A stretch of 64,000 nucleotides of DNA from Mizuhopecten yessoensis (Eukaryota): contig NW_018408489.1 of assembly GCF_002113885.1 (NCBI RefSeq), positions 215,800 to 279,799 of the forward strand. The letters are read 5' to 3'. Position numbers and translations under genes: made by a program. This document shows positions 24,927 to 36,600 of this stretch, in pieces. The notes beneath the pieces are model-generated. The model saw only the letters and a program-made list of their open reading frames with translations. It was not told the DNA's origin and did no database searches. Position 1 is the first letter of the stretch. Each line of letters starts with the position of its first letter.

Positions 24927-26667
24927 GTGATACACTCCTTCTTGGCAGTTCTAAGTTGGGAACAGAAACAGGAGAACAACCATGAAAGCCTCATTCTGCC
25001 CTGCTTCCTGGCAACCAAATGGAGCCACAATGACTACCAAACATGGACATTCCATAAGGTGAAGTTTCAATTAACAAGTTCAAATGGTGCTTTAATGAAA
25101 AGAAATTACCGTACAAACGTGAAATAAGGGCTTGAGTACCACTTAAATAGTCATGTGACATTTATTTATAGAAAAGAACAGCAAAGAGATTCTGAGATTT
25201 TTCTTTAAGTTCCTTCACAAAAAAAGAAAAGAAAAAAGATGAAGACCAATAGAGCTGAAGCCACTCTAAAACTAATTTCTTTATATTTATCATCACAAAA
25301 TCAGTAAGTTTTATTTTTAGCTCACATATATTTAAACAAAGCACCAACCCACAATTCCTAGTTCATAATCTTCAAGTTTTGTATACAATATTTCATAATG
25401 ATAGCTTAAAATAAGTTTTTTTAAAAACTAAACCAAATTTATTTATATCATGTTCAATTCCATATTTACGAGACTATACTCCTGCCTGTATGTCATAAGG
25501 ACCACTGGTTCCTTATGATCGCCAAACCCAAACAACAGGAACTGTACATCTATGATTCGCTACATAGTATTGAGAGATCAAACATGTTTGCAAAACATTG
25601 GAGGTAAGTAATTAAATTTCCATGGCATCAGCATGGAAATTATTATTATAATGTTTAAAAAGATTCATAATTTCTTAGAATAAGATGTGTTGTTTTGAAC
25701 TATTTTCTTAAGATTGAACACCAGTGATAGCAATTCCATTATAAAATTAATGTCCCGCATGATTAAGTGTCTTTGAAGTACTGTTTTGTCATCTCATTGA
25801 TATTTTTGGTCTCTGCAAATGTCATGACTACAATTTTTGATGCATCAGTTATGTTTTAACTTCTTTGGTAAATGCATTTCCTGTTTTCACTCGTTTTGTT
25901 TTCATAAAATATTTAGATATATTCACCTGTCTTTCAAAAATATACACATGTCTATATGTTCATACTTTCTTTTCTGTATACTTTTTTTTCTTTTAACTAA
26001 TAATAATTTTCATTTAAAAGCAATGTTTTATTTATTTGTTAAGACAGAAATAAAATGATTAGCTAATACATAGTTTCATAAATTTAGGCAATTCCTCATT
26101 GCTCGTGGTCAAGCTCTTGGAATGGCACCACAGGAGTGCACTTTGATGGAGTCTCCTTGCTCGAGGCAAGACGACGGTCATTCATGTGTAGTCTTTGTCA
26201 TGATGGTACGACATAAACTTAAGTGGAACTAAGTGAAAAATAAAAAGTACTTAAATACCAACTGTTTTTATTGGAAAACTGGACACAAGTTAAGTTAATA
26301 TAATGAAAAAGATTCAAAGTACAATTTTATATTTAGGGAAACATTTGATTTAAAGATTATAATAATTATGATACTTATCAATTTCTATAGCTACAATATG
26401 TTCATATATTTGTTTTAATGTTGTTCTGAGAAGCAAAATGCTGTGAAATCTTAATCTCCTGCAGCTTAAGTTAAATTGGTCTTACATATCTACATAGAAT
26501 AATTTGTATATATTATATCAGTTAAATTGTTATATTAATTCACTCTTGAATTATTTCAGAATGCAGCTGCAGTTTTTGCAAGGAGAAATCCGTTGGTGAT
26601 AAGACAATGTCATGTTAACAACTACAGAGTTTTTGTAAGAGAACGACTGATCCATGCTGAATTGTGA
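24927..26667 (+). pseudogene. Ulp1/SENP cysteine protease exons of the Ginger element (24927-25058, 25452-25603, 26088-26205, 26560-26667)
   Basis: In-phase exons give ILLPVCHKDHWFL (His), IYDSL (Asp), QDDGHSCVVF (Gln/Cys); two acceptors are mutated (cgg, cat). Confidence 0.8.
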
Positions 26668-26964
26668 ATGTGTCTAAATCTGATAACAAAAAAATCATTC
26701 AGACCCCTTTTTATGGAGTTGTTGCCCTTTGTTGAAAAACTATTGTCCTGACAACTCTTCTAAAAACTCTGGTCTAATCGTCCATACAGCTTCTCCTAAG
26801 ATACTGGGTCGATTATAACAATAGTTGACATTGTGCATCTAGGAAGTAGTATTTCTACATTCCAACCTTTTTTTAACAGCGTTATAGCCCCTTGTAGAAA
26901 AATCCTTGTACAGGAATCTGTGTATTTGTATGTCAAAGGGATGAAAACTTTTTTTTTTGTATTA

Positions 26965-27415
26965 ATATTTATTGTCGAATGAATACCAAAGTATACGTGT
27001 TGTTTTGTGTGAATTTATATTTATTGTAGAATGAATACCAAGTATAAGTGTTGTTTTGTGTGAATTTATATTTGTTGTAGAATGAATACCAAAGTATAAG
27101 TGTTGTTTTGTATGAATTTATATTTATTGTAGAATGAACACCAAAGTATAAGTGTTGTTTTGTATGAATTTATATTTATTGTAGAATGAACACCAAAGTA
27201 TAAGTGTTGTTTTGTTTGAATTTATATTTATTCTAGACTAAATATCAAAGTATAAGTGTTGTTTTGTGTGAATTTATATTTGTTGTAGAATGAATACCAA
27301 AGTATAAGTGTTGTTTTGTGTGAATTTATATTTATTTTAGAATAAATATCAAAGTATAAGTGTTGTTTTGTGTGAATTTATATTTATTCTAGAATAAATA
27401 TCAAAGTATAAGTGT
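26965..27415. repeat. 51-bp minisatellite, about 9 copies
   Basis: gaatttatatttattgtagaatgaataccaaagtataagtgttgttttgtgt repeats. Confidence 0.9.
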
Positions 27416-27609
27416 GAAAGAGTTTGTTTTTGTTTTGTTATTTCTATCTTAGAATTTGTCAGACAATCATTACTTTTATGATGAGCGAATATCATAATAT
27501 AATATATTCAATAAATAATTCATCAGACTGTTTTGGTTTTAACTTTGTGTTTATTTTATGTCAATATTTACCAAACATTCCTGACCTTGAATTCTACATC
27601 AGATTGACA

Positions 27610-28500
27610 TTTTACCATTATGGTAAAGTTAAGGGCCCCTGCCCCACCCTGATTTTCTCTACCCTAGAGATATTTATTTTTTTATTTTCATATTCAGGAC
27701 ATCACACTAATGTAAAGTAAAACAGATTTGGTTTAAAAAAGTCAAATAAATCAAAATTGTTAAAATCCTTAATTTCACCAATATGGTAAAGTGCAGGGCC
27801 CCTGCCCCACCCTGATTTTCTCTACCCCAGACATAATTTTGTGATTTTCATATTCAAGACATAAAACTGATGTGAAGTAAAACAGTTTTGGTTTAAAAAG
27901 TCAAATAGAAAAAAATGCTAAAACCCTTCATTTCACCATTATGGTAAAGTGAAGCGCCCCTACTCCACTCTGATTTTTTCTACCCCAGACTTAATTTTTG
28001 TGATTTTCATATTCAGGACATCAAACTGATGTAATCTAAACCAGAATTGGTTTAAAAAAGTCAAATAGAAAACAATATATGCTAAAACCCTTCATTTCAC
28101 CATTATGGTAAAGTGAAGGTCCCTTGCCCCACCCTAAATATCTCTACCCAAGACCTAATTACTGTGATTTTCATATTCAGGACATCAAACTGTTGTAATC
28201 TAAACCAGATTTGGTTTAAAAAAATTAAATAAATCAAAATTGCTAAAATCTTTCATTTCACCATTATGGTAAAGTGAAGGGCCCCTGCCCCACCCTGATT
28301 TTCTCTACCCCAGACTTAATTTCTGTGATTTTTATATTCAGGACATCAAACTGATGTAAAGTAAAACAGATTTGGTTTAAAAAAGTCAAATAGAAAAAAA
28401 TGCTGAAACCCTTCATTTCACCATTATGGTAAAGTGAAGCGCCCCTGCCCCACCCTAATTTGTTTTACCCCTGACTTAATTTTTGTCATTTCAGATAGAA
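27610..28500 (-). repeat. Right subterminal array: about 6 copies of the ~160-bp unit, inverted relative to the left array
   Basis: Reverse complement of the 18377-19985 unit. Confidence 0.9.
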
Positions 28501-29566
28501 TACATCAAATTGAAGTAAATTTTAAGAAAAAGAATTGAAAAAAAGTTGTCAGAATAGCAATCGTTCATTTCACCATGGGGTGGTTCATATTACCATAATG
28601 GTAAATATGAACCGCGGTTCATTTCACCATGGCCTTCATATTACCATACTACACCGGTTTTCTTTTTAAATTATTGAATTATTAGCCCTTCAGGTTTGTG
28701 ATAGACCATAGGAGCCTGAAGTTCTGTCAATAATGAATAATAATAGTAATACACAAAAAATACCCCTAATATGCTTAAAAAATAGACAGGAGTGCAACGG
28801 CAGATTTACCCCTCTTCGTTTTCAACGAAGTTTTCTCGCCCAAAACTGAAAAATTCCACAGAAACCAAAACTCCTATGCAGTCTAGGATGACTACTAATG
28901 TACACTACAGATCGTTTTGTGGAACAACATGCTTGCTGACCTGTTACATAGCCCGTTTTTTAGAATTCTCCTTTCAGCGCCCACTGACACGGAATCCATG
29001 CGGTGAATCCGTTTCCGGTCGTACGGAGTGAATATACAGGTAATTATTGTAATATGTTTTCTACTCGAAATTAAATATAAACCAACAATAGTAGGTACTT
29101 TTAACTTTTTTTAAAAATAACTGCACATTCAATTTAATTAACAAATGTACATTAGAGTTGTGTATCATTCTATTTAGAAACATTATTAATCAGGGGCAGA
29201 TAACTCTAATACCCGTTTAGTTCCGTTGCGGGAAATTCAAATTTCAAAGTATCGGGAAGATTTTAAAACATTTCAGAAGCCGTCAACATGAGTGACAAGC
29301 ATCTTGATGTTGCCTTGTGGTATGTTTTTAACTGAAAAGTAGAATTANAAGATCAGACACATGAATAATAAATGCGAGTTAGTTTAATTTGTATGTGAGA
29401 AAATAACAGGCACATGTTTTTTGGAGGGAAATCTGTCAATGCTTTTTGCAGGGAAACTGTCAATGCTTATCAGGCCCATTACACTGCCGATTGAGCTATA
29501 TAGTTGTAAAGACCTATACCATTTGTTTGTTTGTTTGCTTGAGTGGTTTTACGTCCGCTTTACTAC

Positions 29567-29693
29567 CATAGGAGCCTGAAGTTCTGTCAAAAATTAATAA
29601 TAACAGTAATACAAAAATACTATAATATGCTAGGTATTTTTTTCTATTTCTGTTTAATATTATTAATTTTTGAAAGAACTTCAGGCTCCTGTG
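29567..29693. mobile_element. 127-bp MITE sharing the P-like element's termini
   Basis: CATAGGAGCCTGAAGTTCT / AGAACTTCAGGCTCCTGTG; 8-bp TSD TTTACTAC at 29559-29566 and 29694-29701. Confidence 0.9.
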
Positions 29694-30013
29694 TTTACTA
29701 CCTAGTAATTTGGTAAATATAATCAAGCAGACGCCAATACCAGCTCCATCAACCCATCTGAAATAGGGTTTTAGAGCTATTTTGACATGATTTTCGTTCT
29801 AAAAGACAAAAAAAAATCGTTTGCATTTAAAATATCATTTTAACACTACCTGAACTGAAAAAAGCATAAAAATATATGTAATTTTACATTTGTGAAAATA
29901 AATTATACTTTTTACTGTATGCTTTTCGAAGTGAAGTATGAAATCTTTGGAAATATACAGGTAGGTCTTTACAGCTATATACATTGTAGCGCAATACGCA
30001 TAGTGTACTGTAC

Positions 30014-30914
30014 CTGGTTNAGTTGGGCTAGTAATAAGACTTTGAGATGTTCTGGTGTTGTTTCTGATGAAGATATGTTTTCAATAATTTTCACCATGTC
30101 ATTATGATCAGGTTCAGAGAGGTTGATACATGTCATATTGGATTCATCCAAGTCATTCTGTTCATGTCCATTTTTGTTTAAATTATTAGGATCACTTGGA
30201 GTGACTTTTGCCTTTTTATCGGTTTTGGAATCATTCATGTTGTTTTCCATCTTTTTCCGCTTTCTTGATCTACTAATAACTTCATAATTTATGCATCTTT
30301 CACAGTGTTCATTTTTTGCACACAATGGTAAAATCACTCTGCATGACTTTGACCTGTAGATGGTTTTCATGGAGTTTTCATCATGAACATAGCTCCAAGT
30401 TTCCTTTATGACATCACAGGGGCGTTGTTCACTGATGTATGATCCTTGGCACATAGACACAGTTTGGGCAAGTAAAACAAAACCATTAATAGTTTCCTGG
30501 TCAAAATTCAAACGATAGCCCATGCTGAAAACTTTATTACGTATAGTAATTTTTGCAGTTTCTCCTAAAGAAAGAATACAATACTGCAGGCTTCCATTTA
30601 TAATGGTGTTAAAGGGACACTTGACTTCCACAAAGTTATTGTTTGTTTGAGACATTTCACAAAAATCTGGTAAAACCACTTTTTCAACACTTCTTGGACG
30701 CTCCATTATAGATGTGAAAATAATGTGTCGTTTTCCTTTCTCGTACAAAAATGTTGACTTCACATCAAAGATGACTTGAACTAGTCTTGATAGCAGTACT
30801 TGAGTTGGTGGACAGACGTTGTTATCTCTGTAGAATTGCGTACACACATCATACATCCGATTCAGCCGCACAAACTTTTTGCTGTCATCTGTTCGTTGGA
30901 AGTGAATTGCCAAC
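30014..30914 (-). CDS. Exon: RFX-like winged helix plus Cys-rich region, probable N-terminal part of the P-like transposase
   Basis: AG acceptor at 30916-30915; (W)LAIHF..V..MY..NN..P..LV..IF..V..L..G..I pattern; RSKSC..CERC; NLS RSRKRKK; interrupted by an N at 30020; no catalytic domain visible. Confidence 0.55.
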
Positions 30915-31166
30915 CTGTAGAGAAAATAATTTATAATATGTATAATAAATTCAAACAGCATACTTTCGAGTTTCGATGAAGGCCGGAATAATAATTGGTA
31001 AAAAAGTATTCTGTTAATGGCACATTTTGTTTGTTTTATATCACATTTTCTTCTGATAAATGACATATGATATTAAGAGGAATGTATTGTTATATGATAG
31101 AGATCGAATTCAGGAGAAATTCACAAAATTTGGATATCTAATGTTTTGTTTATATTTGTGTTATAG

Positions 31167-34100
31167 GAAGATTTTACAAGAGATTATCCAAAAAGAAGAC
31201 AGCAAAAATGTTGCTGTAACTGCAACAACGGGAATGGCCAGTCTCCATCTAGGATCCAATGCAACAACCTTACACCACTGGGCCGGGATTTTAGATGGGA
31301 GACACTCCATTGAAAAACTTCAAGAGTTATTTGACAATGACGACAGCTACTCAGAAGCCAAAAAACGGATACAGATCACCAAATGCTTAATCATTGATGA
31401 AATAAGCATGTTGTCAGCCAAAATTTTCAACATGGTGGAGTCTGTATGTCGGCTTGTTAAGAAAAATAATCAAGCCTTCGGGGGTATTCAGGTAATTATT
31501 TCTCTAGCAAAAATGAGCCATGACTGGTAATTTGTTTGTCAAAATCATGTCTACAAATATTACCAATATGCATTTTTGTCCCGCCATCATCAAATCTCCC
31601 TCTATGTGTGGTCTGTCTGTCCATTCATACTTAAACAACTATTGTGATGAATTGTTACAATAATACATTATTTTAATACTGTTGACATAACTCCATCCAA
31701 CAGATAAGCGATAATATCAAATTTACATAGTACTAATGATTAATTTACAATGGTGGGCTCAAAGGTCCTTCCTGTATGTTTTATTATCAAATTTGTAAAT
31801 AACCCCTTAATGAAAGCAACTTTTTAATATTTTGTTTCAATATTGTAATTTTTCATTTATAATATTTTTCAGGTTTTAGTGTCTGGGGATTTTAAGCAAC
31901 TTCCTCCTGTTCCAAACTACAGATTAGGGGATGAAGGGAAATACTGTTTCGAAAGTGAGATTTTCCAGCAAACATTTCATCATCATATTAACTTACCCAA
32001 GGTATGTGTAATTTTGTTATACATTTTTACTTCACCAAAGCCCAAGTGAGCTTTTGCAATCTATTGCCATCCATCATCTGTCTGAAACTTTATTTTAACC
32101 ATTTCTCCTCAAAAACTATGAAGCCAACTTCAACCAAATTTTGTAGGAAGTATCAATCTATAAAAATCTTTTCACACATCAGCTATCTGAGGATTCTTGA
32201 ATTTGTTATATAGCATATACATGTACTACAAAACTGAAAACTTGCAAAGAAAACCCCCCAAAAAGGTCTTATTGGAAACAAATGACCTTGAACCATATTT
32301 TAAGGTCATGGGGTCATATCTTGTGAAATACTCAAACAAAAATGCCTAGTCATTATATTTCGCATTTTGGCAATATTATATATGGCAAATAGCTTGGTTT
32401 GATATAGTGCTATATTTCTTCTTCTTTTTTAAGAAATAAGCCTTGAACCATATTCAATGCCACAGTATTCCATTTTATTGATACACCCAACAACCTCTTC
32501 TGAGAGCAGCTAAGGACATTAATTGATTAGTTTATGAGTGGAAGGTAGCCAGGTTGCATGGCAGGCCGCTTCTCTTAAATTAATACATGGAAAATGATCC
32601 CTGTAATGCATGTTATAGTGACGAAGCATGCAAGTATGTACATGTATTTACAAGGTAAATGTTAAAGCTAATGGCTTCTTAGCTTGCATAGATGATTTTG
32701 TAATTCCTTTGTTCATTTGTTCACAGGTAATGAGACAACATGAGGAAGACTTAATCAAAGCTGTAAATGAGTTATGTAACGGTTCTCCATCAGCTGAAAC
32801 ACTGCAGCTGATGAAAAGTCTTGACAGACCCCTGGACCCTGGTGATGATCATACAGAAATTGTGAGCTTTTTGGAACAAACTTTGATGCCAGCTTTGTGA
32901 ACCAAGAAATGTTGGAGGATATGGAAGGAGAAATGCATGTGTTCAAAGCCAAAGATGAAGGTTTGTACTTAATTACCAGTACCTTCCTGGGGTGAAGTTT
33001 CTCAAATTATTGATCTTCAAATATCAAATAATAGTTTGAAGTGGATAACCATGTGAAAAGTTTTGAACATTTTGTAAAACATCTATAAAGGTCTAAAGTA
33101 TTTAAATGTGTTTTTTAGCAACAATAGTAAGCTGGAATATAGTGATTATTGAAAAAAATAAAGACAAAGGGCTAATTTGAACATCCTTAGCCTATTTGTT
33201 TTTACCTCCAGTTATATGTGTTCAGGTGACAGATACAGGTCCCCTGGGTCTCTTGTTTAAGTTTTGTTGATTTCATTTTTTCCTGATCATTTTATATTCA
33301 TGTATATATATGTATTCTTTCAGGTTATCTGAAGCTTTTACGAGGAAATGCGGTTCCTAAAACACTGACTGTAAAGATATGTGCTCCAGTCATTCTTTTG
33401 AAAAATATTGGAAACGGTCTATTCAATGGAATGAGAGGAAAAGTCCACAGTATATCGAAGGAAAATCTACCTATTATTGATTTCCATGGACGAATGATCA
33501 CAGTGAGTCCTGTAAGATTTGATGTTTTTGATGCACAACAGCAAAAATCGTTGGCGTCGCGAAGACAAATTCCACTCATGCTGGCATTTGCGTTGACAGT
33601 TCATAGAGCCCAAGGTCAGACAATAGAAAAACTTGAAATTGACTGTTATTCTTTTTTTGCACCGGGACAGATGGGTGTTGCTGTTGGCAGAGCTAGAAAC
33701 AAAACTGGGTTGTGTATCAGGAACTTTAACAAAAAAGCAGCCAACCTCAAACATCCTCAGTGTGTTTATGACTTTTACGATAATGTAGAACAATTCCAAA
33801 ACCGCGTAGATGACTGTTGTTGGGCTGATATTGTGTGTGAGGATCTATTACCTCTGGACACTGAACCCAGCTCGTCACAGACCTATGAGACTGATCCAGA
33901 GGAACCAGGTCCATCTGAGTTACCTGCAGAAGCAACACCAAAATCAACAGTTGAATCCCCATTTAGCCTGGAAGAGTTTTTCCTTCACAACAAAGATGCT
34001 AAATTCACGTACAATATTCAATCAGATGTAATCAAGAAATTAAAAGGTCACATGAACTGGATTTATGAAATAATTACTGACATCTTAAAAGAAAGTCCAA

Positions 34101-35212
34101 AAACAAGACAGAAGTGGACCACAGCTTTCGATCAACTGAACAATTTCTTAGTGAGTGACAACCACATCACCAGCATCAAAACACTCTTTTCTGTGGACAC
34201 AATTACAAAAGAAAACAACAAGCTCTCTTCCAAACTGGCTTTCTGGCTCATGGACAAACTAATTGAAAATGAGGCCAAAAAAGTGCAACAAACACAGGAA
34301 GAGGAACTGCATCAGGAGACCCCACCTCCTCAACTTTCACAAGCTGCCAAAGGAAAAATTAGATATATTGCTGGTGCATGTGTTAACAAAATTGGGACAA
34401 GGCTGCAAAAGTCGGTTGTATCAAAACTAAGTCAATGCACAGCCAAGAGCAAAATAAGTAGGAAATTGGACTACAGGAAACAACGAATGCTGAAAACCTT
34501 CAGAATAAATGAGAGTGAAGTTGACGATTCAGAACCCAGCATGGCAGAGATAGATTTCAAACAAGGGTTGTCACATGGATTATATGTTGTCAGTGATGAT
34601 GTGTTTAATTTCTTCATTAAACTCCATGATGTGGTGCAAAGCACAATAACCGTGGCTCAATTTCATCTGCATTTTGACAACATTCACCTGAATTGTAGGT
34701 CTGCAGTTGATGCCAGTGACCTTCTTCTCGACAAATGGATAGATTTGTTTGGGGAAATCGATGACACACAAATGGAAGATGAAATATTCTTGAATTTAGT
34801 TATGGAGCTGTACAAAGACATTACAGAATATTTCTTGAAAGTGTCCATAGCAGAGGCCTTGAAAAACTTTAAAGCAACTGTGCCAAGGAAGAAAAAACAA
34901 GCGTTTAGGGTCAAACTCACTGCTCTTGGCGAGAAAAAAAATCCCAAAAAACAAAAACTTGAGGAAATAAATACAGAACAGGCATCATACATTTGTCATT
35001 TATGTAATGAAATTTGTGACTGGGATCCGGCAGAGATTGGGGATGAGAGCATTGCCTGTGACACGTGCAATTGCTGGTGTCACTATAAATGTGTTGACAT
35101 TGAAGGAACTGAAACTTTCTTGAAAAGAAAAAATGCTAAGTGGTATTGTCCAAACTGCTTTAAGGGGAAAGGCAAGGGAAAAGGCAGGGGGAAAAAAAGT
35201 AAAAAGAATTAA
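31167..35212 (+). CDS. Spliced Pif1-family helicase + P-transposase-CTD-like domain + PHD finger (exons 31167-31491, 31873-32001, 32727-32960, 33324-35212); one frameshift near 32865; Walker A exon not found
   Basis: Helicase motifs TATTGMAS, LIIDEISML, FGGIQV, GDFKQLPPV, VMRQ, AFALTVHRAQGQT, VAVGRAR; RYIAGAC and GLYVVSDDVFNFF; PHD CHLC..IACDTCNCWCHYKC..WYCPNC; canonical GT-AG introns. Confidence 0.9.
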
Positions 35213-35857
35213 GTGTAAGAAATACATGTCATTTATATTTCTTTGTTTTTTTTGTAAACTCATAGATTCTACTGTGTCCAGTTTAGGTCAAAGGTTGAAT
35301 GAAAATCACAGTTATGGGCTAAACAAGAATGGGGGTCCATGCATGATTGAATATAAATTTGTATTAAGATTTTGTATTGATGCGACATTGGTTGTAGTTG
35401 AGTATTGGCTCTACATATATGTCTTTTCTGGGTTTTTTTTGTTACAAATACACCAGTCATAAAAGGATCACAAATGATATTTTATGCTTGATGAGATTAT
35501 CAGGTTGTTCAACTGCCTAACATAACTATAAACTATGTCAGATTTGGTTGAATATGTATCTACCACATATAACCCCTTCCTGTCTTTATTTTAATATATT
35601 CTGTAAAATATAGTGTACTCTTTCTTTTTGATTTTTTTTTCACTGAGCAGTGGGCACTGTAACTCCATAGGAGTCAAATATAATGTTTATAATATTAACA
35701 AGAGTAACAAATAGAAATATCAGAAATGTAAAGTACTCCAGTCACAGAACTGATCTGCTAAATAAATTATTGACTGAAAAACGCTATGTTTTCTCGTTTT
35801 TTTTAAAAACTGTTTCCCATTTCATGGTCTAATTCTACTTTTCAGTTAAAAACATAC

Positions 35858-35889
35858 CACAAGGCAACATCAAGATGCTTGTCACTCAT
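35858..35889 (-). CDS. Putative first coding exon MSDKHLDVAL(W) inside the right TIR (mirror copy at 29288-29319 on +)
   Basis: caacATG context; GTATGT donor; phase 2 matches the 30914 acceptor and creates the W of the RFX-like WL motif. Confidence 0.55.
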
Positions 35890-36600
35890 GTTGACGGCTT
35901 CTGAAATGTTTTAAAATCTTCCCGATACTTTGAAATTTGAATTTCCCGCAACGGAACTAAACGGGTATTAGAGTTATCTGCCCCTGATTAATAATGTTTC
36001 TAAATAGAATGATACACAACTCTAATGTACATTTGTTAATTAAATTGAATGTGCAGTTATTTTTAAAAAAAGTTAAAAGTACCTACTATTGTTGGTTTAT
36101 ATTTAATTTCGAGTAGAAAACATATTACAATAATTACCTGTATATTCACTCCGTACGACCGGAAACGGATTCACCGCATGGATTCCGTGTCAGTGGGCGC
36201 TGAAAGGAGAATTCTAAAAAACGGGCTATGTAACAGGTCAGCAAGCATGTTGTTCCACAAAACGATCTGTAGTGTACATTAGTAGTCATCCTAGACTGCA
36301 TAGGAGTTTTGGTTTCTGTGGAATTTTTCAGTTATGGGCGAGAAAACTTCGTTGAAAACGAAGAGGGGTAAATCTGCCGTTGCACTCCTGTCTATTTTTT
36401 AAGCATATTAGGGGTATTTTTTTTGTATTACTATTATTATTCATTATTGACAGAACTTCAGGCTCCTATGGATAGACGTAAGAAGGAGAATTTATATTGC
36501 TTGGTGATTGTTTAAAAAGTGTAGTTTGGTATACGACTAAAAAGGGTTTAACAATTGTGGTTTTACAATTAGTCAGGTATATATAGACACTTTTGGTGAA

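Larger units (their letters stand above)
18377..28653 (+). mobile_element. Ginger1-type DNA transposon, left terminus missing
   Basis: Gypsy-like integrase without RT, Ulp1 exons, inverted subterminal arrays, right end ..catactACA followed by CCGG. Confidence 0.8.
28707..36470. mobile_element. P-superfamily-like DNA transposon carrying a Pif1 helicase gene
   Basis: CATAGG..CCTATG termini; TIRs of about 643 bp (28707-29349 / 35828-36470) with only about 2 mismatches seen; 7-bp TSD GATAGAC at 28700-28706 and 36471-36477. Confidence 0.9.

Noticed and set aside
32025-33258. Helentron-like start (32025) and end (33223-33258) bracketing a Pif1 exon, suggesting exon capture
   Set aside because: The exon is collinear with the rest of the helicase; two separate decayed intronic fragments is simpler
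31167-35212. Helitron or host PIF1 interpretation of the helicase
   Set aside because: No HUH Rep domain or Helitron ends seen; the gene lies between TIRs with a TSD and has an extra C-terminal domain and PHD finger not typical of host PIF1
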